This document shows, piece after piece, positions 1 to 8,585 of a DNA stretch of 26,034 bases (positions are counted from its first letter, which is position 1; each line of letters begins with the position of its first letter). Location: contig JAKFUW010000234.1 in NCBI GenBank assembly GCA_021732545.1, forward strand, positions 1 to 26,034, read 5' to 3'. The position numbers were made by a program, and so were the translations under genes. The stretch comes from Alphaproteobacteria bacterium (GTDB lineage: Bacteria > Pseudomonadota > Alphaproteobacteria > Rickettsiales > UBA3002). The notes beneath the pieces are model-generated. The model saw nothing but the letters and a program-made list of their open reading frames with translations, was not told the DNA's origin and searched no databases.

Positions 1-540
1 AAAGAGACTGAAAGCAAACTTGCTGCTGGGGAAGAAGTTAAAGTTGGCAATCACATAATACAAAAAATGAGATCTGACAAAAGCACATCATACTGCATTC
101 ACCAAGATGCCGTTCCTATATTAGCTGAGCAGCTTGGTTTCTCTCTAGAGCTAAAAGGCCTGCCTGATAAAACGGCGGATCATTTAACGATCGCTGTGGG
201 GTTAGCAAAAGCCATGAACGTTAGTCCTGAAAATTCAAAATATTTGAGTTGGCTTAAGAACGCTCAAGCACGGCTTGCTGCTGGAGAAGAAGTTGAAATT
301 GGCGGTCACCTAATACAACAAATGAAAGCAGGTAAAGCACAAACGCCATACTGCATCCACAAAGATGCCGTGCCAGCTGTGCGGGCGGCGGTGGAGGCGT
401 TTGGCAAGGCTGAGGATGCAGCACAAGGCGCGCCTTCTTGGGTCGAAAAAGCCACGGGCGGAGAGAAAAAAGGCATCGATCCGAACGCTCCCCATATCCG
501 CGAGCGCACCGGTATGAAGCGCGATAAAACCGACGAATAA
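1..540 (+). CDS. Hypothetical protein with an internal repeat of about 85 aa, 5'-truncated by the window edge
   Basis: Frame 1 is open from base 1 (KETESKLAAGEEVKVGNHIIQK...) through the ORF-track start at 67 to TAA at 538-540. Segment LAAGEEV..GxHxIQxM....YCIHxDAVP occurs twice, 255 nt apart (nt 19 and 274). No family recognised. Confidence 0.75.
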   Translation, partial: KETESKLAAGEEVKVGNHIIQKMRSDKSTSYCIHQDAVPILAEQLGFSLELKGLPDKTADHLTIAVGLAKAMNVSPENSKYLSWLKNAQARLAAGEEVEIGGHLIQQMKAGKAQTPYCIHKDAVPAVRAAVEAFGKAEDAAQGAPSWVEKATGGEKKGIDPNAPHIRERTGMKRDKTDE

Positions 541-550
541 TCGTCATTTT

Positions 551-566
551 TCCCAACTGTGCCCAA
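551..566. promoter_or_regulatory. Upstream copy of putative MraZ operator (CCCAA x2, 10-bp spacing)
   Basis: TCCCAACTGTGCCCAA matches 697-712 (TCCCAACTGTACCCAA) at 15/16. Assignment rests on MraZ proteins binding short boxes with 10-bp period near their own promoter. Confidence 0.5.
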
Positions 567-668
567 AGCGTCACAGATAAAAATTTTACCCAAAATGCTG
601 CACTGCACACATGAAATTCATCAAATGATTCAATTTCATCCAAAAGCCATACACACCCCACTTTGCTA

Positions 669-697
669 TTGACTGTATCCAAAATTACACATAACAT
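669..697 (+). promoter_or_regulatory. Sigma70-type promoter of the dcw operon
   Basis: TTGACT (669-674), 17 nt, TAACAT (692-697), upstream of mraZ. Confidence 0.65.
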
Positions 698-739
698 CCC
701 AACTGTACCCAAGAAATTCCAAATAAAACCAAAATGGGT
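678..739. promoter_or_regulatory. Putative MraZ-binding repeat array
   Basis: NCCAA at 678, 698, 708, 718 and 728 (10-bp period; TTGGN on the other strand), followed by TGGGT at 735-739. Overlaps the promoter and predicted start site. E. coli MraZ binds TGGGN repeats of the same period. Confidence 0.65.
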
Positions 740-776
740 AGGCGCCACGGCAGGACATCACGATTGATCAAGGAAT

Positions 777-867
777 TGCCCGCCATGGCCGCACAAAAGA
801 TAAACCAGGGTTGGTTACGCACCCACAAGGCCATGGCGGGCACCCAAGTGGTGAGGTCAGGCACCAC
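777..867 (+). other. Structured 5' leader of mraZ
   Basis: Perfect 14-bp inverted repeat TGCCCGCCATGGCC (777-790) / GGCCATGGCGGGCA (829-842) enclosing a small AACCA/TGGTT stem; second stem GTGGTG (848-853) / CACCAC (862-867). Confidence 0.5.
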
Positions 868-908
868 AGGTTCGACCAAACCCTACGCACAAAGGGAAGG
901 TGTGGGCG

Positions 909-1361
909 ATGGCGTTGTTTCTGTCCACGTTCGAAAAGCAGATCGACAAGAAGGGGCGCGTGTCCGTTCCGGTGCCGTTTCGCACGGCGTTGGCGGGGCA
1001 AATCTTCAACGGCATCATCGCTTATTCGTCGTTTGTGAACCCATGCATCGAGGCGTGCGGCATGGATAGAATCGAAAAACTCAACGATCAGATCGAATCG
1101 CTGGATCCGTTTTCCGAAGAGCGCGATGCGTTTGCGACCGCGATTTTGGGGGGATCAGTGCAGCTGGCATTCGATGGCGAAGGCCGTGTGATGTTGCCCG
1201 AACTGCTGATTGAACAAGCGCAGATCAAAGCGAATTGCATCTTTGTGGGCAAGGGTGCCACGTTTGAAATGTGGGAGCCTGCGGCGTTTAAAGCCTATGA
1301 GGCGCAATCTCGCGAGATGGCGAAATCACGCCGCTTGGCGCTTAAGGGAGGCGGTGTATGA
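909..1361 (+). CDS. mraZ: Division/cell wall cluster transcriptional repressor MraZ
   Basis: MALFLSTFEKQIDKKGRVSVP and second repeat FDGEGRVMLP; first gene of dcw. ATG 909 preferred over GTG 900 (purine-rich AGGGAAGG upstream). Confidence 0.95.
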   Translation: MALFLSTFEKQIDKKGRVSVPVPFRTALAGQIFNGIIAYSSFVNPCIEACGMDRIEKLNDQIESLDPFSEERDAFATAILGGSVQLAFDGEGRVMLPELLIEQAQIKANCIFVGKGATFEMWEPAAFKAYEAQSREMAKSRRLALKGGGV

Positions 1362-2350
1362 ACGAGGCCGCGCAGTTGCAGGGAGTTACGGGGCGTCGCG
1401 CACATCTGCCGGTGATGCTGCAAGAAGTGCTCACTGCGTTGTCGCCCAAAGATGGGGAAATATATGTAGATGCAACCTTTGGCGCAGGCGGATATAGCCG
1501 CGCGATATTAGAATCTGCCAAATGCCGGGTGTATGCGATTGACCGCGACCCCAGTACACGATTGCTTGCCGACGCACTTGCCCGGGATTTTCCCGGGCGT
1601 TTTCTTTTATTGGCAGGATGTTTTAGCGATATGGTTAGCCTGCTCGCGCAGCAAGGCGTGACAGGTGTCGATGCGATTGTGATGGATTTAGGCGTGTCCT
1701 CGATGCAGATCGATCAGGCGGCGCGTGGGTTTTCATTCAAACATGATGGCCCGCTCGATATGCGCATGAGTTGCGATGGGGTGTCGGCGGCCATTCTGGT
1801 CAACTCACTACCCGAAGATGAACTGGCCGATATTTTATATATGTATGGCGAAGAAAAAGCCTCGCGCAAAATTGCCGCAGCTATTGTAGCCGAGCGCGAG
1901 ATTGCACCGATTGAAACCACCGCGCAACTGGCCGCGCTCATTCGCCGCGTGGTGCGCCAGTCTGGCGAGATGGACCCTGCCACGCGCACCTTTCAAGCGC
2001 TGCGCATTCGAGTCAATGATGAGTTGGGCGAATTGGAGCGCGCACTCGATGCTGCGCCAACATTGCTGCGCACCGGTGGCCGCTTGATTGTGGTATCGTT
2101 TCACTCGCTGGAAGACCGTATTGTGAAGCGATTTTTGCGCCCAAAATCTGAAGTTGCCTCGCGCCATGCGATGGCGGCACTCGTCCAACAACAACAAGAT
2201 TCAGGACTGGCCTTGTTCGATTTGCCAAGCGGCAAAGCGATCATTCCGGGTGTACCTGAAACGAGGCTAAACCCCCGCGCGCGCTCGGCAAAGCTCCGCG
2301 TTGCAATCCGCAACTCGGTTCAACGAGCACACGCGGAGATGGAGCCATGA
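1358..2350 (+). CDS. rsmH: 16S rRNA m4C1402 methyltransferase RsmH (MraW)
   Basis: HLPVML, DATFGAGGYS, DLGVSSMQID, GPLDMRM, ATRTFQALRI, SFHSLEDRIVK, NPRARSAKLR; ATGA overlap with mraZ. Confidence 0.97.
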   Translation: MNEAAQLQGVTGRRAHLPVMLQEVLTALSPKDGEIYVDATFGAGGYSRAILESAKCRVYAIDRDPSTRLLADALARDFPGRFLLLAGCFSDMVSLLAQQGVTGVDAIVMDLGVSSMQIDQAARGFSFKHDGPLDMRMSCDGVSAAILVNSLPEDELADILYMYGEEKASRKIAAAIVAEREIAPIETTAQLAALIRRVVRQSGEMDPATRTFQALRIRVNDELGELERALDAAPTLLRTGGRLIVVSFHSLEDRIVKRFLRPKSEVASRHAMAALVQQQQDSGLALFDLPSGKAIIPGVPETRLNPRARSAKLRVAIRNSVQRAHAEMEP

Positions 2351-2658
2351 CCTCAAAATTTTCGACCTTAGGCTGGATGGTGTTTTTTGCAGTCGCGGCG
2401 TTCGCGCTGTATCTGGTCAAATATCAGGTGCAAGACATTAAAGATGAGGTGAACACGCTGGAAGCCAAGGTGCAGCAAGAGCGCCAATCGATCAGTTTGC
2501 TGCGCGCTGAATGGTCGTATCTCAATCACCCCGAACGGCTCGAATCACTGGCCACTCAATATCTGGATTTGCAGATGTTTTCCCCTGATATTGTGCGCCA
2601 ATGGCACGATGTGCCGATGAAATCGCAGGCCGTTGCAGCCATTGATGTGAAGCCCTAA
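2347..2658 (+). CDS. ftsL: Cell division protein FtsL
   Basis: N-terminal TM segment, coiled coil, LRAEWSYLNHPERL motif; located between rsmH and ftsI. Confidence 0.9.
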   Translation: MTSKFSTLGWMVFFAVAAFALYLVKYQVQDIKDEVNTLEAKVQQERQSISLLRAEWSYLNHPERLESLATQYLDLQMFSPDIVRQWHDVPMKSQAVAAIDVKP

Positions 2659-4476
2659 ATGTCACGCAAAATGTATCGTCATAGCAGGAGGCCGCCCAGC
2701 CGTGTGATCAAAGGCGAAAGTCGCACGCATAAATTGCTCGATCAAAACCGGATTCGACTGGCGAGCATCATGGTGTGTTTTGCGTTTAGCTTTGTGGCGC
2801 TGGGTTTGCGTCTGGCCGAAGTGAGCCTGATGGGCGGCGGCGATTTACCCTTTAAGCGGTTAGTTTCTGAGCCGCAACTGATGCTGCAACGCGACGATGC
2901 ACAAGACACCGATCTGCACACCAAAGCGGTGGTGGCGCATCGCCAAAATATCCTCGATCGCAACGGCATTGTGCTGGCCACCAACGTGCAAACGGCATCG
3001 CTTGCGGCCAATCCATCCTTGATGAGCAACCCCAAGCAGGTTGCGCAATCACTGAGCACGATTTTGCACGATGTACCGCTTGCGGTGCTCACTAAAAAAC
3101 TCGACAGGCCTGATGCAACCTTTGTGTATATCAAGCGCAACCTGACGCCCAAAGAGCAGCAACGCGTGAATGAGCTTGGGGTTCCTGGGTTGTTTTTTGA
3201 GCAGCATGATCGCAGAGTTTATCCATTTGGCGATTTGCTATCGCATGTGTTGGGCTATGTCGATATCGATAATAATGGCATTGCAGGTATCGAGAAATTT
3301 TTTGATAAACGTCTGGAGTTGGGCCTCAAAGATGACGATGCGTTAACGCTTTCAATTGATGCGCGGATTCAATCGATTTTACATCAGGAACTCGCCGCCG
3401 CCAAAGAAACCTACTCCGCCATTGGTGCCACGGGTGTGGTGATGGATATTAAAAGTGGTGAGATTATCGCGATGTCGAGCCTGCCATCCTATGATCCCAA
3501 CCATCTGGAAAAAGCAACCGCCGATCAGATGTTCAACCGCGCTACCTTGGGTGCCTATGAAATGGGTTCCACCTTCAAAACCTTCACCGTGGCCATGGCG
3601 CTCAACGAAAAAGTGGTGACGATGGATGGCGGCTATGATGCCTCCAGCCCGATTCAGGCGGCGGGTTTTACCATCAATGATTCGCACCCCTTATATCGCT
3701 GGTTGAGCGTGCCTGAAATTTACGCTTATTCATCCAACATCGGCACGGTGCGGATGATTATGGATGTGGGCATGAAGCGCCAACAGGAATACCTTAAAAA
3801 GCTCGGTATGATGGAACAAGTCGCCATCGAGCTTCCCGAAAAAGCGCAACCTATTTTACCCAGCGAATGGCGCCCCATCAACAGCATGACGATTTCCTAT
3901 GGGCATGGCATGTCGGTGTCGCCGTTGCATCTGGTTCAAGGCATTGCCAGTGTGATTGGCGGAGGAAAACAAGCACGCTTAACGCTCATCAAAGACGGCA
4001 ATAAAAAACGTGATATGCCGCGCATTGTCAGCGAAGAAACCTCGCACCATGTGCGCGATTTAATGCGCGGTGTGGTGGAATATGGCACCGCCAAAAAAGC
4101 CAATGTGGTGGGTTACCAGGTTGGTGGAAAAACCGGAACGGCCGAAAAAGTTCAAGGCGGACGCTATGCAAAAAAAGCGATGTTATCGTCGCTGGTTTCG
4201 GCCTTCCCGATGGACGATCCAAAATATGTTATTTATGTCATGCTCGATGAACCACAAGGTACAAAAGAGACTTATGGTTTTGCAACAGGCGGCTGGGTAG
4301 CTGCTCCGGTTGTGGCCAATGTGGTATCGCGCATGGGGGTTTTGCTTGGCATGCAGCCCGTGAACCGAGGACCTGACCCGCAGCAAATGCGCTATTGGCA
4401 GGAAGCGGAACGGCGGAATGTGCAGGCGCGCGAGCGCCGAGAACAAGCGAGACTGACCCATGCCGTTTCTTACTGA
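2659..4476 (+). CDS. ftsI: Penicillin-binding protein 3 (septal transpeptidase FtsI)
   Basis: ILDRNG motif; catalytic motifs GSTFK (SxxK), SSN (SxN) and KTGT; N-terminal TM anchor. Confidence 0.95.
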   Translation: MSRKMYRHSRRPPSRVIKGESRTHKLLDQNRIRLASIMVCFAFSFVALGLRLAEVSLMGGGDLPFKRLVSEPQLMLQRDDAQDTDLHTKAVVAHRQNILDRNGIVLATNVQTASLAANPSLMSNPKQVAQSLSTILHDVPLAVLTKKLDRPDATFVYIKRNLTPKEQQRVNELGVPGLFFEQHDRRVYPFGDLLSHVLGYVDIDNNGIAGIEKFFDKRLELGLKDDDALTLSIDARIQSILHQELAAAKETYSAIGATGVVMDIKSGEIIAMSSLPSYDPNHLEKATADQMFNRATLGAYEMGSTFKTFTVAMALNEKVVTMDGGYDASSPIQAAGFTINDSHPLYRWLSVPEIYAYSSNIGTVRMIMDVGMKRQQEYLKKLGMMEQVAIELPEKAQPILPSEWRPINSMTISYGHGMSVSPLHLVQGIASVIGGGKQARLTLIKDGNKKRDMPRIVSEETSHHVRDLMRGVVEYGTAKKANVVGYQVGGKTGTAEKVQGGRYAKKAMLSSLVSAFPMDDPKYVIYVMLDEPQGTKETYGFATGGWVAAPVVANVVSRMGVLLGMQPVNRGPDPQQMRYWQEAERRNVQARERREQARLTHAVSY

Positions 4477-5929
4477 TTTAATTGCACAGTCGGGAGTTTC
4501 TGCCACGCTTGTTAGCGCGGCAGATGTGATGGTACGCGGTATCACTCAGGATTCACGTAACGTCAAATCGGGTGATCTGTTTGCGGCCATCAAAGGCACG
4601 CACAGCGATGGCACACAGTTTATAGAGGCAGCCGCAAAATCAGGTGCAGTAGGGGTAATGGCGCAACGCGGCGCGGTCGCAAATTGGCCGATACATATCG
4701 CGCATGTTGTGGTGGAAAATGACCGCTTAGCGCTCGCAAAAATGGCTGCAGCATTGTATCCTGGTCAACCGCAGCATATGGTGGCGGTGACGGGCACCAA
4801 TGGCAAAACATCAGTCGCTGAATTTTACCGCCAGATAATGACCTTGCATGGTAATCCCGCCGCATCACTTGGCACGCTTGGATTAAAGGTTAGTGGAGCC
4901 GATGTGGCACTTGATTACCCGACGGGTAACACCTCACCCGACGCGGTTTTATTACACCAAACGCTCGCTGCATTATGCGCAGCAAATGTGCAGCATGTGG
5001 CGATTGAAGCTTCAAGCCACGGCCTCGATCAATACAGACTCGATGGCGCACATTTTGAAAGCGCCGCTTTCACCAATCTCACGCATGATCATCTGGATTA
5101 TCACGCCAATATGGAAGAGTATTTTGCTGCAAAGTCGCGCCTGTTTTTAGAGCTACCATTGCGCAGCAATAATGTGTGGATCAATGCCGATGATGACTAT
5201 GGAAAACGACTGATGACGCTTTGCGCCGATACTGGAAAAACAGTTCAAGATTATGGTATCAGCGCACAGACGATGAAGTTGATAAGCGCCGCGCCAACGG
5301 CGAACGGCATGACATTATCGATGCAGTATGATGGTGAAAAAGCACAGGCATCGCTTCCATTATTCGGGGCATTTCAGGCGCATAATATCTGTGCTGCCAC
5401 AGGCCTTGCCATCACCAGCGGGTTGACATTGCACGATGCAGCAAAAACATGGCCCATGTTGCAAGGCGTGCGGGGGCGAATGGAGCATGTGGCAACGCTT
5501 GCCAATGGCGCCAATGTGTTTGTTGATTATGCGCACACACCCGATGCGTTGCAAACCGTGTTGATGCAACTGCGCGCACATTGCACGGGAAAGCTTCATG
5601 TGGTGTTTGGCTGCGGCGGCGACCGCGACACCACCAAGCGCCCCATCATGGGCAGGGTTGCTGCACACTATGCTGATCATGTGATTGTCACCGATGACAA
5701 TCCGCGCAGTGAAAATCCATCCACCATTCGCGCGGCCATCATGGCGCAAGCTGTAGGTGCAATTGAAATCGGCGACCGCGAACATGCGATCGCTCATGCT
5801 ATCAAAAATCTAAACGCACAAGACGTACTCATCGTTGCCGGCAAGGGACATGAAACCTATCAAATAATCGGATCGCAGACGCATCATTTCGATGATGCCG
5901 AAGTGATCAGAAAGGAAGCCGCGCTATGA
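4460..5929 (+). CDS. murE: UDP-N-acetylmuramoyl-tripeptide synthetase MurE
   Basis: DSRNVKSGDLFAA, VTGTNGKTS, EASSHGLDQYR, FTNLTHDHLDYH, DYAHTPDAL, DDNPRSE, AGKGHE. Confidence 0.97.
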   Translation: MPFLTDLIAQSGVSATLVSAADVMVRGITQDSRNVKSGDLFAAIKGTHSDGTQFIEAAAKSGAVGVMAQRGAVANWPIHIAHVVVENDRLALAKMAAALYPGQPQHMVAVTGTNGKTSVAEFYRQIMTLHGNPAASLGTLGLKVSGADVALDYPTGNTSPDAVLLHQTLAALCAANVQHVAIEASSHGLDQYRLDGAHFESAAFTNLTHDHLDYHANMEEYFAAKSRLFLELPLRSNNVWINADDDYGKRLMTLCADTGKTVQDYGISAQTMKLISAAPTANGMTLSMQYDGEKAQASLPLFGAFQAHNICAATGLAITSGLTLHDAAKTWPMLQGVRGRMEHVATLANGANVFVDYAHTPDALQTVLMQLRAHCTGKLHVVFGCGGDRDTTKRPIMGRVAAHYADHVIVTDDNPRSENPSTIRAAIMAQAVGAIEIGDREHAIAHAIKNLNAQDVLIVAGKGHETYQIIGSQTHHFDDAEVIRKEAAL

Positions 5930-7350
5930 ATCATCAAACTCCCTTATGGACTGCACGTGACGTTGTTGCAGCCACATCCGCTCAGGTTTCCGGTGTGCCC
6001 ACTTGGGTTGTACATGGCGTGAGCATCGATAGTCGTAGCGTGAAAGTAGGCGAATTATTTGTTGCACTTAAAGGTGAGCATATGGATGGCCATGATTATG
6101 TTGGTGCTGCGCTGCAAGCGGGAGCAAGCGGCGTGTTGGTGAGTCATGTACCCGCAGGCATCGTTGCCGATGACCGTATTTTGGTAGTTGAAAATACAGT
6201 AAAGGCGCTGGAGCAATTGGGTGTAGCAGCGCGTGCGCGATGCGCAGCAAAAATTATCGGAGTAACAGGAAGCGTTGGCAAAACCGGTTGCAAAGAAATG
6301 CTGAAAATGGCGCTTGGCGCTTGTGGTAAGGTCTATGCCACCAGTGGCAATTTAAACAACCATTATGGTGTGCCGCTAAGCCTTGCTAACATGCCCGCTG
6401 ATTGCGATTATGCGATCATGGAAATGGGTATGAATCACGCAGGTGAAATCAGTATGTTATCGCATTGGGTTCGCCCACATGTGTCGGTGATCACCACGGT
6501 GGAGGCAGTGCATCTGGAGTTCTTCGATTCCGTCACAGGCATCGCCGATGCAAAGGCTGAAATTTTTGATGGCATGGGCGAATCGGGCGTGGCGATTTTG
6601 AACGCCGATAATGCACATTTTAAACGGCTGCAGAAACACGCCGATCGCAAAGGACTTGATCGTGTGTTGTCATTCGGCACACGCGATAGCGCAACCTGCC
6701 AGATGCGTCAATATTCAACGGAAGGGTTGGAATCTGTGGTGGAAGCAGTGATAGCGGGCACGCCGCTGCGCTATCGTATAGGCGCGATCGGTAAACATTG
6801 GGGGCTGATGTCGGTGGCGGTGCTGGCTGCAGTCGAAGCACTGGAGGCCGATTTGGCAAAAGCCGCGCAAGCACTTTCGCAATTTTCAGAACCTGCGGGT
6901 CGCGGTAAAATTGATCAGTTAAAAGTGGCGGGCGGTCATTTGCGTTTGATTGATGATGCGTATAATGCCAGCCCGATTTCGATGCAGACCGCGTTTGAAA
7001 AAATGGCATTGGTGCGCGATAGCATTACTCCGCGCCCGCGCACGCTGGCGATCTTAGGCGACATGTTGGAGCTAGGCGGTGATAGCGCCGATTTACATGT
7101 GGGACTGGCTCCTACTTTGGTCAACAGCCAAATCGATTTGGTGTTTGCTGCAGGGACATTTATGAAGCATTTATACGATGCGTTGCCTGAGGATTTGCGT
7201 GGCGATTATGACGCCACCGCATCGGGCCTTGCTCCCAAAGTGGTGGGTCGTTTGCAGGCGAATGATTTGGTGTTGGTGAAGGGTTCAAACGGTAGCCGCA
7301 TGCGCGAAGTGGTGAATGCCATCCGCGATAATGCCAAGCACGCCGAATAA
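5926..7350 (+). CDS. murF: UDP-N-acetylmuramoyl-tripeptide--D-Ala-D-Ala ligase MurF
   Basis: IDSR, VTGSVGKT, GNLNNHYGVP, EMGMNHAGEI, DDAYNASP, LGDMLELG, VKGSNG. Confidence 0.97.
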   Translation: MNHQTPLWTARDVVAATSAQVSGVPTWVVHGVSIDSRSVKVGELFVALKGEHMDGHDYVGAALQAGASGVLVSHVPAGIVADDRILVVENTVKALEQLGVAARARCAAKIIGVTGSVGKTGCKEMLKMALGACGKVYATSGNLNNHYGVPLSLANMPADCDYAIMEMGMNHAGEISMLSHWVRPHVSVITTVEAVHLEFFDSVTGIADAKAEIFDGMGESGVAILNADNAHFKRLQKHADRKGLDRVLSFGTRDSATCQMRQYSTEGLESVVEAVIAGTPLRYRIGAIGKHWGLMSVAVLAAVEALEADLAKAAQALSQFSEPAGRGKIDQLKVAGGHLRLIDDAYNASPISMQTAFEKMALVRDSITPRPRTLAILGDMLELGGDSADLHVGLAPTLVNSQIDLVFAAGTFMKHLYDALPEDLRGDYDATASGLAPKVVGRLQANDLVLVKGSNGSRMREVVNAIRDNAKHAE

Positions 7351-7380
7351 AACAGGAATCACTATGCAAACGAAAACAGT

Positions 7381-7464
7381 GTCATTGCGAGCGAACAAAG
7401 TGAGTGTGGCAATCCATCTCGAAATGGATTGCTTCGTCGTCGCGTTGCTCCTGCTCGCAAAGAC
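7381..7464. repeat. CGTC-tagged REP/RPE-like cruciform palindrome between murF and mraY
   Basis: Outer IR GTCATTGCGAGC (7381-7392) / GCTCGCAAAGAC (7453-7464), 1 mismatch; inner perfect stem GCAATCCAT (7409-7417) / ATGGATTGC (7424-7432). Confidence 0.85.
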
Positions 7465-7491
7465 GGATAATTTTAGCAGATAGGAACATAC

Positions 7492-8580
7492 ATGCTCTAT
7501 AATTTACTCGCGCCCTATGCTAATGATTTCCAGCTCTTCAATCTGTTTCGTTATCTAACCTTTCGCTCTGGTGGCGCCGTTTTAACCGCACTCATCATCA
7601 GTTTTGTGATTGGCCCTGCGATGATCCGCTGGCTCAAATCCAAGCAGCATGGCGGGCAACCGATCAGGCTCGATGGCCCTGAATCGCATCTGCTCACCAA
7701 AAAAGGAACGCCCACCATGGGCGGCTTGATGATGCTATTATCGGTTGGAATTTCGACCTTATTGTGGGCGGATTTATCGAACCATTATGTGTGGATTGTG
7801 TTGCTGGTGACCTTTGGTTATGGGCTGATTGGCTTTGGCGATGATTATTTAAAAGTGAGCAAGAAAAACACCAAAGGCCTTCCTGGAAAACTCAAATTAG
7901 CGGGGCAGATTATCATTGCGCTGATCGCAGCATTATGGGTGCAGCAAGTAGCACCTGAAAACATCAACCACCACATGTCGGTGCCGTTTTTTAAAAATCT
8001 TTTGGTTGATCTGGCGTGGTTCTATATTCCGTTTGTATTGGTGGTGATGGTGGGGGCATCAAACGCGGTGAATCTAACCGACGGACTTGATGGTTTAGCG
8101 ATTGTACCGATCATGATTTGCGCAGGATGTTTTGCGCTGATTTGTTATCTGGTGGGTAACGCCGTCTTTGCCGATTATTTGCAAATTCTGATGGTACCTG
8201 GCACGGGAGAACTTGCGGTGTTTTGCGCCGCGATGATCGGCGCTGGCCTTGGGTTTTTGTGGTTCAATGCGCCACCCGCAATGGTGTTTATGGGCGACAC
8301 GGGAAGCCTTGCCTTTGGTGGCTCGCTGGGCATCATCAGCGTGATTGTGAAACATGAATTGGTGCTCGCAATCATTGGTGGATTATTCGTGATGGAAGCC
8401 GTGTCGGTGATGGTGCAGGTGGCCTCGTTCAAGTTGACTGGAAAACGGGTATTTCGCATGGCGCCGATTCATCACCATTTCGAGAAAAAAGGGTGGCCAG
8501 AATCGACCGTGGTGATTCGCTTTTGGATCATTGCGGTGATCTTGGCGCTGATTGGTTTATCGACATTGAAATTGAGATAG
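7492..8580 (+). CDS. mraY: Phospho-N-acetylmuramoyl-pentapeptide transferase MraY
   Basis: [49 protein letters not shown]; polytopic; AGGA upstream. Confidence 0.98.
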   Translation: MLYNLLAPYANDFQLFNLFRYLTFRSGGAVLTALIISFVIGPAMIRWLKSKQHGGQPIRLDGPESHLLTKKGTPTMGGLMMLLSVGISTLLWADLSNHYVWIVLLVTFGYGLIGFGDDYLKVSKKNTKGLPGKLKLAGQIIIALIAALWVQQVAPENINHHMSVPFFKNLLVDLAWFYIPFVLVVMVGASNAVNLTDGLDGLAIVPIMICAGCFALICYLVGNAVFADYLQILMVPGTGELAVFCAAMIGAGLGFLWFNAPPAMVFMGDTGSLAFGGSLGIISVIVKHELVLAIIGGLFVMEAVSVMVQVASFKLTGKRVFRMAPIHHHFEKKGWPESTVVIRFWIIAVILALIGLSTLKLR

Positions 8581-8585
8581 AGATC

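Noticed and set aside
541-908. RNase P RNA, SRP RNA or tRNA upstream of mraZ
   Set aside because: No GAGGAAAGTCC RNase P core, no complete SRP motif, no cloverleaf. Only generic stems are present.
734-1069. 111-aa ORF starting in the mraZ leader
   Set aside because: No RBS, overlaps mraZ out of frame, no motif.
8566-8585. Hexamer-like run ATTGAA ATTGAG ATAGAG at the mraY-murD junction
   Set aside because: Short, degenerate, no inverted partner; not enough to include in the array family.
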